This document shows, one piece after another, positions 17,235 to 25,335 of a DNA stretch of 32,000 nucleotides. Both the position numbers and the translations under genes were made by a program. The notes under the pieces were generated by a model. It saw nothing but the letters and a program-made list of their open reading frames with translations. It ran no database searches and had not been told where the DNA came from. Origin of the DNA: Geotalea daltonii FRC-32 (GTDB lineage Bacteria; Desulfobacterota; Desulfuromonadia; Geobacterales; Geobacteraceae); the NCBI RefSeq assembly GCF_000022265.1, contig NC_011979.1, positions 3,270,001-3,302,000 on the forward strand, read 5' to 3'. Each line of letters starts with the position of its first letter. Position 1 is the stretch's first letter.

Positions 17235-17266
17235 TCGTCAACCATTTATCTAAAACCGGTTGACAA
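17235..17266 (+). promoter_or_regulatory. BirA-type biotin operator overlapping the bioB -35
   Basis: TCGTCAACC, a 14-nt spacer, then GGTTGACAA (8 of 9 palindromic). This matches the known BirA box architecture TGT(A/T)AACC-N14/15-GGTT(A/T)ACA. The right half contains TTGACA (17260-17265). TGTGATAAAT at 17278-17287 is a plausible extended -10. Confidence 0.55.
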
Positions 17267-17308
17267 GACCAACCTGCTGTGATAAATCCGATTTACGGAG
17301 GGCAGCAG

Positions 17309-18298
17309 ATGAAAATGAACCTGGAAAAATTAGGCGAACGCATCATTGAAGGTGGAGATATTCTTGTTGAAGAGGCATTGGAGCTGGCAAATCTTCGGGG
17401 TTCGGCTTTGTACCCGCTGTTTGGTGCAGCAAGCCGCATCAAGGAGCACTTTGTCGGAGACAAGGTCTTCCTCTGCTCCATTGTCAATGCCAAATCGGGC
17501 CGATGTCCGGAAAATTGCTCGTTTTGTGCCCAATCGGCCCACCACAAAACCGATGCCCCGGTCTATTCATTGATCGATGAGGAGCGAATGGTGGCCTGCG
17601 CCAGGGAAGCGGAAAAAAACGGCTCATCCTGTTACGGCATCATAACCAGCGGCACATCAATCAAGAAAGGGGAAGAGCTGGAACGGATCTGCAATGCCGT
17701 GCGACGCATCCGCCGGGAGACAGGCATCACCCCTTCGTGTTCACTGGGTATTATCAATCATGAAACGGCATCTGCCCTTGTGGAAGCCGGCGTGGAAACC
17801 TATCATCACAATCTTGAAACCTCCCGCAGCTTTTTCCCCAACGTCTGCACCACCCACGACTATGAAGAAGATGTGAATACCGTACGCGTCGCGAAAAAAG
17901 CTGGGCTGAAGGTTTGCTGCGGCGGCATCTTCGGCCTGGGAGAAAGTGTGGCCCAGAGAATCGAGATGGCTTACACCCTTCGGGAACTGGATGTGGACTC
18001 GGTTCCCCTTAATTTCCTCAATCCAATCGCAGGAACAAAACTGGAAAATGCAGAGAACATAACCCCCATGGAATGCCTGCAAACCATCGCCCTCTTCCGC
18101 CTGATCCTTCCCACAAAGCGGATTTCGATTTGTGGCGGCCGGGAGAAAAACCTGCGCGATCTGCAATCGTGGATATTTTTTGCCGGCGCCAGCGGCACCA
18201 TGATCGGCAACTACCTGACCACCACCGGCAGGGCCGCCGAAGAAGACTGGCAGATGCTCAAGGACCTGAACCTGTCGGTGGCGAGCTGCTGCGAATAA
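17309..18298 (+). CDS. bioB: biotin synthase (radical SAM)
   Basis: Radical-SAM motif CPENCSFCAQS with a BioB-like YHHNLETS region and C-terminal region. ATG at 17309 lies 7 nt after GGAGG. The track GTG at 17279 lies inside the promoter. Confidence 0.95.
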   Translation: MKMNLEKLGERIIEGGDILVEEALELANLRGSALYPLFGAASRIKEHFVGDKVFLCSIVNAKSGRCPENCSFCAQSAHHKTDAPVYSLIDEERMVACAREAEKNGSSCYGIITSGTSIKKGEELERICNAVRRIRRETGITPSCSLGIINHETASALVEAGVETYHHNLETSRSFFPNVCTTHDYEEDVNTVRVAKKAGLKVCCGGIFGLGESVAQRIEMAYTLRELDVDSVPLNFLNPIAGTKLENAENITPMECLQTIALFRLILPTKRISICGGREKNLRDLQSWIFFAGASGTMIGNYLTTTGRAAEEDWQMLKDLNLSVASCCE

Positions 18299-18299
18299 A

Positions 18300-18341
18300 T
18301 GGTCGGTGATTGGTGATTGGTGATTGGTGATTGGTGGTTGG
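18300..18341 (+). repeat. tandem heptanucleotide repeat (TGATTGG)n, six units with a four-unit perfect core, in the bioB-bioD spacer
   Basis: The sense (plus) strand reads TGGTCGG TGATTGG TGATTGG TGATTGG TGATTGG TGGTTGG. It starts 2 nt after the bioB TAA and ends 18 nt before the bioD ATG. Confidence 0.95.
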
Positions 18342-18359
18342 TTAAATCGGAGGCGGTGA

Positions 18360-19118
18360 ATGGCAAACTGTAAGGGGATATTCATTACCGGCACCGATAC
18401 CGGTGTCGGCAAGACTATTGTCTCGGCTGTGTTAGCACGGCTCTTGGCGAATAAGGGATTGTCTGTCGGGGTCATGAAGCCGGTCACCAGCGGCTGCATA
18501 GAGGTCGGAAGTAAACTTCTTTCCGAAGATGCAGAGCTGTTGAAATGGGCTGTGCATACACGTGAAGACGATCCTGACATGACCCCTTATCTGCTCAGGG
18601 AACCGCTGGCCCCTTCAGTGGCGGCCGAACTTGACAAGGTCCGCATCGACTTTTCCATAATCAAGGCTGCTTACGAGCGGCTGGCAGCAAAGCATGACTT
18701 TGTCATCGTCGAAGGTGCAGGCGGACTGATGGTCCCCCTGGCCGGCGGGCTGTTGACTGCCGACCTGATCAATCACCTGAATCTTCCAGTCGCAGTCGTC
18801 GCCCGTCCCAATCTCGGCACCGTCAACCACACCCTGCTCACCACTTTTACCGCAAGACAGATGGGCATTCCTGTCAAGGGGATCATCGTCAACAATTATC
18901 CTTCAGCTCCGGACAAGGCCGAAGAATACGCGCCGCACATGCTGGGCTCCCTTTCCGGGGCAGCGCTGCTGGGGGTTTTCCCGCACAGCCCAAGGCTGGA
19001 TCAGCATACCCTTGTGGAAGAGATTGTTTCGATCCTTGAGCAGGACCCGGCAACGGCGTTGATGCTGCGTGAATTAGGGGCTGGCGCAGCATCATCAACA
19101 AAGGAGAGCACAAGGTGA
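18360..19118 (+). CDS. bioD: dethiobiotin synthase
   Basis: P-loop GIFITGTDTGVGKT plus VEGAGG. The RBS is GGAGG with 6-nt spacing. Confidence 0.92.
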   Translation: MANCKGIFITGTDTGVGKTIVSAVLARLLANKGLSVGVMKPVTSGCIEVGSKLLSEDAELLKWAVHTREDDPDMTPYLLREPLAPSVAAELDKVRIDFSIIKAAYERLAAKHDFVIVEGAGGLMVPLAGGLLTADLINHLNLPVAVVARPNLGTVNHTLLTTFTARQMGIPVKGIIVNNYPSAPDKAEEYAPHMLGSLSGAALLGVFPHSPRLDQHTLVEEIVSILEQDPATALMLRELGAGAASSTKESTR

Positions 19119-20473
19119 ATAAATACGATACACAAACCCTTCAGGAATATGATCGCCGCTATGTCTGGCACCCCTTCACCCAGATGAAGGAGTGGGAGGA
19201 GGACGAGCCGATTGTCATTGAACGGGGTGAGGGATCATTCCTTATAGATACAGACGGCACCCGCTATCTGGACGGGGTTGCCGCAATCTGGACCAATGTT
19301 CACGGCCACTGCAAGAAAGAGATTAATGAGGCGATCAAGGCCCAGGTTGACAGGCTTGAGCACTCAACACTGCTGGGCCTGGCTGGCGAACAGCCCGCCC
19401 TGCTCGCCAAGCGGCTGGTGGATATTGCCCCGCCCGGCCTTTGCAAGGTTTTTTACTCCGACAATGGCTCAACCGCTGTGGAAATTGCCGTAAAAATGGC
19501 CTTCCAGTACCAGCAGCACAAAGGGCACACCGGCAAGACAAAATTCATCTCCTTCACCAACGCCTACCACGGTGACACAGTTGGAGCCATGAGCGTCGGC
19601 GGCATCGACATCTACCACGATGTCTATTCCCCACTTCTCTTTCCCACCATCAAGGCACCGGCGCCTTACTGCTACCGCTGCCCCATGGAAACCTCGGATA
19701 GCTCCAGCTGCGGAAAGGTATGTCTCAAGGAGCTGGAACGGTTGATGGCTGATCACGCCCACGAACTGGCGGCACTGGTTATCGAGCCCCGAGTGCAGGG
19801 TGCCGGTGGAATGATCACTCAGCCGGAAGGTTTCGTCCGGACGGTACGCGAGCTGTGCAACAAATATGATGTACTCATGATCGCCGACGAGGTGGCAGTG
19901 GGTTTCGGCCGGACCGGCGCCATGTTCGCCTGTGAGAAGGAAGGAGTTACTCCTGACCTTATGGCCTTATCCAAGGGAATTACCGCAGGTTATCTCCCCC
20001 TGGCAGCAACCCTAACCACCCAGCAGGTTTACAATGCCTTTCTCGGTGAATACCGTGAGCTGAAAACCTTTTTCCATGGCCACACATTTACCGGTAATCC
20101 AATTGCCTGTGCAGCCGCACTGGCTAGTCTGGACTTAATTGAGAAAGAACAGCTGCTGGCCAATCTGCAACCCAAGATCGAGTATCTGAAAGACCGGCTG
20201 AATTCTCTAAAATCGTTGGTTCACGTGGGTGATGTGCGTCAGGAAGGGCTCATCGGCGGCATTGAGCTGGTGAGAAACAGGGCAACAAAGGAAAGCTACC
20301 ATTGGGAGGAGCGGATTGGGGTCCTGGTATGCAGAGCGGCGAGAAAGCACGGAATTTTCCTGCGACCCCTGGGGAATATCATCGTCGTCTTCCCTCCCCT
20401 GTCCATCTCGCTGGCAGAACTCAAGCAGCTCATGGACGGTATCGAAGCATCTATCCGTGAGGTTACGGAATAA
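19115..20473 (+). CDS. bioA: adenosylmethionine-8-amino-7-oxononanoate aminotransferase
   Basis: 452 aa class-III aminotransferase with DEVAVGFGRTG and a PLP-lysine region LSKGITAGYLPL. The GTG start overlaps the bioD stop (GTGA). Confidence 0.95.
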   Translation: MNKYDTQTLQEYDRRYVWHPFTQMKEWEEDEPIVIERGEGSFLIDTDGTRYLDGVAAIWTNVHGHCKKEINEAIKAQVDRLEHSTLLGLAGEQPALLAKRLVDIAPPGLCKVFYSDNGSTAVEIAVKMAFQYQQHKGHTGKTKFISFTNAYHGDTVGAMSVGGIDIYHDVYSPLLFPTIKAPAPYCYRCPMETSDSSSCGKVCLKELERLMADHAHELAALVIEPRVQGAGGMITQPEGFVRTVRELCNKYDVLMIADEVAVGFGRTGAMFACEKEGVTPDLMALSKGITAGYLPLAATLTTQQVYNAFLGEYRELKTFFHGHTFTGNPIACAAALASLDLIEKEQLLANLQPKIEYLKDRLNSLKSLVHVGDVRQEGLIGGIELVRNRATKESYHWEERIGVLVCRAARKHGIFLRPLGNIIVVFPPLSISLAELKQLMDGIEASIREVTE

Positions 20474-20477
20474 GAGA

Positions 20478-20506
20478 CAAAAAAAGGGGCCATTTAACCG
20501 GCCCCC
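20478..20506 (-). terminator. terminator hairpin between convergent bioA and the glycine-zipper gene (best T-tract on the minus strand)
   Basis: The minus strand reads GGGGGCCGGTTAAATGGCCCC followed by TTTTTTT. On the plus strand the same stem follows bioA by 13 nt but lacks a T-run. Confidence 0.6.
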
Positions 20507-20537
20507 TCAACAAAACTGCAATCCCTCCTGCAAGTCC

Positions 20538-20948
20538 TCAGAAAGTACCGCGAAGAAATTCAGCCATAACGACAATGGGCGTCTGCCCTTTTGAATTGGT
20601 TTCCTTGATGTCAGGCATGATGGTCGGCATGGCGAACTTCACCTTACCGTCTTCCACCTCCATCAGGGAGCGGGTCCCTTTGAAAACACCGTAACCGGCA
20701 CCTAAAAGAGCTCCTGCCGCAGCACCATATGCCAGACGGTCCACATGGTCTGCCGGCCTTCTTGTAAAGGCAAGCATGGCGCCACCAACCAATGTGCCCG
20801 CCAGACCACCATAGATTGAATTGACGAAAATTTCCTTGAAAGGATTCCTCTCCACGGGGTTTTGGTCATCCGCAGCAAAGGAGGGAGCTGTAAAAGTTGT
20901 AAGAAAGACTGCTGCCAGTAAAAGGGTATATTTCCTCAGTCTGTTCAT
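20538..20948 (-). CDS. small secreted glycine-zipper protein (hypothetical)
   Basis: Signal peptide MNRLRKYTLLLAAVFLTTFTAPSFA. Gly-zipper segments are YGGLAGTLVGGAML and YGAAAGALLGAGYG. ATG at 20948 lies 6 nt after AGGAG. The track extension to 21020 overlaps the putative promoter. Confidence 0.6.
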   Translation of the reverse strand: MNRLRKYTLLLAAVFLTTFTAPSFAADDQNPVERNPFKEIFVNSIYGGLAGTLVGGAMLAFTRRPADHVDRLAYGAAAGALLGAGYGVFKGTRSLMEVEDGKVKFAMPTIMPDIKETNSKGQTPIVVMAEFLRGTF

Positions 20949-20985
20949 TTTCGCTCCTGGGATTCGTTCCAAACAGCCACATGGC

Positions 20986-21001
20986 AGCAATATCCGGACC
21001 A
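20986..21001 (-). promoter_or_regulatory. candidate sigma-54 promoter of the glycine-zipper gene
   Basis: The minus strand reads TGGTCCGGATATTGCT. GG-N10-GC spacing is exact and -12 TTGCT is present, but the -24 box is weaker (TGGTCC vs TGGCAC). It lies about 40 nt upstream of the ATG. Confidence 0.35.
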
Positions 21002-21201
21002 AATTTGGTAAATAAGCCATATTGGGCTAAGAGGACATCTCGGAGTTACTCTGGTTTGGGCTTCAATGAAAGGCTGGGCTTGATTCACTCTTGAATAAGC
21101 CTGACATGCTACAGTATTACCCGATGGAGCTTTATGTTTATGTGACTGGGGGCACCGGAAATGAAAGTAAGCCTTTTGGAGGAGGGATTGTTGCAAATTT
21201 G

Positions 21202-23829
21202 CTACAGTTTCTTCAATTTATGCCTCACCAGTTCCAGCTCGTCTTCGCGGCTGATGACCCTGCCATCCAGACGTGCCTTCAGCACAAGGTCGAGAAGATC
21301 CTTATAAAGAGGGCCCGGCGGCACTTGCAGGCGTTTAAGGTCATGACCGGTTACGAAGCAGCGAACATTCTGCAGCTGGGTAAAATAGAGGGACAGCCAT
21401 TTTTTGACTTCTTCACTGCCGGTTTTTGCCATCAAATAGAGCAGGACTTCCACAGGAAGATCTTTCAGCAGAAAGTAGACCTCACTCTTTTCAATGGCTC
21501 CGGTCCTGGCAATTTTTTTCTCGATTGTGGCAAGCGCCTCCTCACCCTGCCTGCGCGTCTCGAACAGCTTCTCCCGGTAATGTTCGCTGACCGCCAGCCT
21601 GGTGCATGCTCCCCACAACTGATCATGGGTCAGGGATTCACACAAGACAAGAAAATAAACGGCCCAACGCTCGTAGGCCCGGTTAAGGAACAACAGGTCG
21701 AACCAGGAAATGATCCTGCGTGCTTCTTCCAGCATGTTTCTCGTCCCGGTAGTCAATTCCAGCTCCGGATGGATGAACCGGAGAAGGCCGAAAGAGGCCA
21801 TCCGCTCGATGGCTTTCAATGGCTCATTCTCACGCAGGATATAAACCAGCTCGGTCAGAAGCCTTTTACCGCCCAGCTTTTCAAGAAAATCCATCTTGAC
21901 CGCGTTCTTGATGAGGTTCTCCGTATGCTTGGCAATGGTAAAATCAAGACGCTGCTCGAAACGGATGGCGCGGAAGACACGGGTCGGATCTTCAACGAAG
22001 GACAGATTATGCAGAACCCGGATCAGATGATCCTGCAGGTCCCGTTGGGCTCCGAAAAAATCGAGCATCACCCCGAATTCTGATTCATTGAGCCTGATGG
22101 CCAGAGTATTGATGGTGAAATCACGGCGATAGAGATCCATTTTCAGTGAAGAGCGCTCGACGGTGGGAAGTGCTCCGGGTGAAACATAATATTCCAGGCG
22201 GGTACTGGCCACATCTATCTTGAAGCCGTCGGGAAAGACAATCACCGCCGTACCGAATTTATCATGGCTCTTGACCCGGCAACCGTACTGGCCGGCAAAG
22301 GTCTCGGCAAAGAGTATCCCGTCTCCTTCCACCGTCACATCCATATCCAGATTGGGTACGTTCATCAGCAGGTCCCTGACAAATCCCCCCACCGCAAAAA
22401 CGGGCACGTCAAGGGAGTCCCCCACCCGGCCAAGCTCATGAAGAATCTGCTGAATCCGCGGCGCCAGGTTTTTGCCCATCAGCCCCCTGACCTCCTTGCT
22501 CTTCATGGGCACGGCATTACGTGCAAGATCATAAAGCCCTTCGCCGTTGTGCATGTAGCGAAGAATGTCGGTGCGCGTCACTACCCCTGCAAGCCGGCCC
22601 TTGTCCAGGACAGGGACCATGCGCCGGTCGCGCCCGATCATGTAGTCCTGGATTTCCTTTATGCTGGTATCGGGTGCAGCGTTCATAAATTCGGAATGCA
22701 TGTAATCGGTGACAGGAACCTGACCAAGGTTGTGGTAGAGGGATTTTTCCACAATTCTTCTGGATATGATGCCGGCCAACCGCTTGTCCTTGATAACCGG
22801 CAAGGCATTGACGTTGTAGCGGGTCAACATGTCCCGGGCCTCTTCCATGGTTGCCGTGGCATCGATGGTTTTCACCGGTGAAGACATGATATCTCCGGCA
22901 ACCCTTTTCGGATTGACCCTTGCCCGCAGGACCGTTTCAAGCTTCTCCAGGACCTGTATCACTGTCAGGCCCTTAATGGCTGCCGAAGCGGCAGAAGAAT
23001 GACCGCCGCCGCCGAATTCATGAAGGATATCGCTGACATTCACCTCGGGAATCCTGCTTCTGGCAACGATATAAACCCGACTCGCCATGCCGACAACTAC
23101 AAAAAGAGCCTCCAGGTTTTCCATATCCCGCATCATATGGGCAAGAACGGCAATATCCCCGATGTAGTAATCGACCGAAGCCTGGGCGATGGAGATCTCC
23201 ACTCCGTGAAGCTCAGTGGTTTTAAGGGATTTCAGCAGGTCGTTCAAAAGAGAAACCTGTTCGGCAGTAAGTTCCTGGGTTATGAAGTCGGCAACTGTAT
23301 TGAGACTGGCCCCATGCTCCAGCAGCCAGGCTGCAGCATGAAAATCTTCGGTTGTGGTCGAGGGAAAGATGAGGCTGCCGGTGTCTTCGTAGATGCCAAG
23401 CATCATCAGCGTCGCTTCGGTAGCGTTTACATTTATCCCCTTCTCCCGCAAAAGGGAGGTAAGGATGGTGGTAGAAGATCCGCTGGCGCGGATCACACCG
23501 CCGGTTGGGGAGATGTCGCCCGATGATTCGGGGTGGTGATCGTAGATGTGGATTTCCAAACCCGGCCGGTTAAGGATTTCCGAGAATCTTCCGATGCGTG
23601 AGGAGTGCTGACAATCGACGAGGATGAGGCGGGTGATGCTACCCAGGTCAAGATCCTTCAGCCTGGTGAAATTGAGGGCATAGCCGGTGGATTTGAGGAA
23701 AAAGTCGCGCATGCTTTTTTCCTGGGCTCCGGAAAAAACCATCAGCGCGTCCGGGTAGAGCTTTTTTGCCGCAACCATTGCCCCAAGGCAATCGAAGTCG
23801 GCATTCACATGGGTGGTAATGACATCCAT
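21202..23829 (-). CDS. multidomain DHH/DHHA1 phosphoesterase - CBS pair - class II tRNA nucleotidyltransferase/poly(A) polymerase (CCA-adding-like) protein
   Basis: DHH motifs are HVNADFD, LILVD and IYDHHP, with DHHA1 GGGGH. A CBS pair follows (IMSSPVKTI...ALPVI; MVPVLDKGRLAGVVTRTDIL). PolyA_pol head motifs are AVGGFVRDLL, DMDV, YRRDFTINTLA and EDPTRVFRAIRF. ATG at 23829 overlaps the amrB stop (TGATG). The track extension to 23976 is inside amrB. Confidence 0.85.
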   Translation of the reverse strand: MDVITTHVNADFDCLGAMVAAKKLYPDALMVFSGAQEKSMRDFFLKSTGYALNFTRLKDLDLGSITRLILVDCQHSSRIGRFSEILNRPGLEIHIYDHHPESSGDISPTGGVIRASGSSTTILTSLLREKGINVNATEATLMMLGIYEDTGSLIFPSTTTEDFHAAAWLLEHGASLNTVADFITQELTAEQVSLLNDLLKSLKTTELHGVEISIAQASVDYYIGDIAVLAHMMRDMENLEALFVVVGMASRVYIVARSRIPEVNVSDILHEFGGGGHSSAASAAIKGLTVIQVLEKLETVLRARVNPKRVAGDIMSSPVKTIDATATMEEARDMLTRYNVNALPVIKDKRLAGIISRRIVEKSLYHNLGQVPVTDYMHSEFMNAAPDTSIKEIQDYMIGRDRRMVPVLDKGRLAGVVTRTDILRYMHNGEGLYDLARNAVPMKSKEVRGLMGKNLAPRIQQILHELGRVGDSLDVPVFAVGGFVRDLLMNVPNLDMDVTVEGDGILFAETFAGQYGCRVKSHDKFGTAVIVFPDGFKIDVASTRLEYYVSPGALPTVERSSLKMDLYRRDFTINTLAIRLNESEFGVMLDFFGAQRDLQDHLIRVLHNLSFVEDPTRVFRAIRFEQRLDFTIAKHTENLIKNAVKMDFLEKLGGKRLLTELVYILRENEPLKAIERMASFGLLRFIHPELELTTGTRNMLEEARRIISWFDLLFLNRAYERWAVYFLVLCESLTHDQLWGACTRLAVSEHYREKLFETRRQGEEALATIEKKIARTGAIEKSEVYFLLKDLPVEVLLYLMAKTGSEEVKKWLSLYFTQLQNVRCFVTGHDLKRLQVPPGPLYKDLLDLVLKARLDGRVISREDELELVRHKLKKL

Positions 23830-24632
23830 CACTGTACCGTCAGTGCCGCATAGGCCACAACCTGGCGGTTGTCTCCCGTAACATCGCCGCTGGTGGCGTA
23901 CTGCACCAGCCTGGCCTTTGTCGCTCCGAGGCCCTTGGCCGCGACAAGCATGACCGTGGCAGGAACCACACCGCACATGGTAATATCCTTCTGTGCACAG
24001 ACCAGCAACAACCCTTCAGCATCAAGCGCAAGCACCATGTTAATGGCTTGTTCATCCTTCTGCTTTGCGCTGGCCGCAGTCTCATAATGGGTCATGTCGC
24101 TGCTTGCCACGATCAGAACCTCATCGCCATAGTCCCTGATGGCAGAGGCAATGCCCGAGCCCAGCAGGAGGCAGCTCTTGAAGTCGCGGAACCCCAGGCA
24201 AACAGGGACAATGCTGACGTCCGGCCTGAGAAACTGGAGAAAAGGGAGTTGAACCTCCAGGGAATGTTCAAAGATATGGGCTTTTTGATCTGCTTCAACG
24301 ATAGAGGAGTGTTTTTTGATGAGGGTAGCAAGGGAGCTGTTTACCGGTGCAGTTCCCAGGGGGGTCTGCCAGCTTCCCTCGGGAAAGATGGCGGCACGGG
24401 CGCCAATTCCATGATGGTTGGGGCCAAGTATGACGACCGTCGATGGAACAGCCACCTCGCCGAACAGTTTGCCGGCAACGGCACCTGAATACATATATCC
24501 CGCATGGGGAGATATGACCCCAAGGGCCCTCTCTTTGAACGGTGCAGGGGCAATCATTGCCTTTAGCTGGGTTCGCAGTTTATCCGGATCATCGGTGTAG
24601 AATTGACCTGCCACTGCCGGCTGACGAATCAT
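23829..24632 (-). CDS. amrB: AmmeMemoRadiSam system protein B (Memo-like)
   Basis: 267 aa. N-terminus RQPAVAGQFYTDDP, with ISPHAGYMYSG and a later SSDMTHY, typical of Memo/AmrB. Confidence 0.82.
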   Translation of the reverse strand: MIRQPAVAGQFYTDDPDKLRTQLKAMIAPAPFKERALGVISPHAGYMYSGAVAGKLFGEVAVPSTVVILGPNHHGIGARAAIFPEGSWQTPLGTAPVNSSLATLIKKHSSIVEADQKAHIFEHSLEVQLPFLQFLRPDVSIVPVCLGFRDFKSCLLLGSGIASAIRDYGDEVLIVASSDMTHYETAASAKQKDEQAINMVLALDAEGLLLVCAQKDITMCGVVPATVMLVAAKGLGATKARLVQYATSGDVTGDNRQVVAYAALTVQ

Positions 24633-24708
24633 GGCGCCTCCCGTTAGCTATTAACAGACGCAGCAAGAGAATATTACCACAACTGCCGCACACCACCAGC
24701 ACAGCCTG

Positions 24709-25335
24709 CTATTGGTCTGGCTGTTCCGGGTCATCAAGGGGCAGATCCTGCTGGGCTGAAAAGGCATCTGTCGGAGCCAGTTCCTGGATCTCCTTCAACG
24801 ACGGCAGGCTGGACAGGTCTTTCAGGTTGAACAGTTCGAGAAATTCCCTGGAGGTGCCATAGATCAGCGGTTTGCCTGGAATTTCCTTTTTGCCGAGGAT
24901 CTTCAGGAGCTTTTTTTCCAGCAAGCTCTTAACCACCCCCCCTGAATCGACACCGCGCAGATATTCTATCTCGGCACGGGTTATGGGTTGGCGGTAGGCG
25001 ATGATGGCAAGGGTTTCCAGGGCCGACTGGCTGAACTTCGTGGTTTTGCTGCGGGTTAGCCGGCGAAGATAATCCGCATTCTCCGGTCGACTGCGAAACT
25101 GGTATCCACCGGCCACCTCTGCCAGAACAATACCCCTTGCGGAATCCCGGTACTCTTCGACCAATAATTCCAGCGCTTCGCGTATCTCCGGCCGTTCGTG
25201 CTCTTCGAGGACTCCGCAGAGCCTGTCCAGGGAGACCGGCTGCTCAGAGACGAATATGAGGCTCTCGATAACTGATTTAAGATTCGCCGACATGGGCATT
25301 CCCTTCTTCGACTTCCTCAGGCTCATCAGCGCCAT
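24709..25335 (-). CDS. scpB: segregation and condensation protein B
   Basis: IESLIFVSEQPVSLDRL, LETLAIIAYRQPITRAEIEYLRGVDSGGVVKSLLEKKLL, and an acidic C-tail. The real start is probably M13/M15 (25299/25293), overlapping the scpA end. Confidence 0.9.
   Translation of the reverse strand: MALMSLRKSKKGMPMSANLKSVIESLIFVSEQPVSLDRLCGVLEEHERPEIREALELLVEEYRDSARGIVLAEVAGGYQFRSRPENADYLRRLTRSKTTKFSQSALETLAIIAYRQPITRAEIEYLRGVDSGGVVKSLLEKKLLKILGKKEIPGKPLIYGTSREFLELFNLKDLSSLPSLKEIQELAPTDAFSAQQDLPLDDPEQPDQ

Noticed and set aside
17741-18580. 279-aa minus-strand ORF spanning bioB, the spacer and bioD
   Set aside because: It is antisense to two well-supported bio genes and crosses the heptad repeat (PITNHQSPITDH). 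It is an artefact.
21091-22083. 330-aa plus-strand ORF
   Set aside because: It is antisense to the C-terminal half of the DHH-CBS-CCA gene, and no domain signature was recognised.
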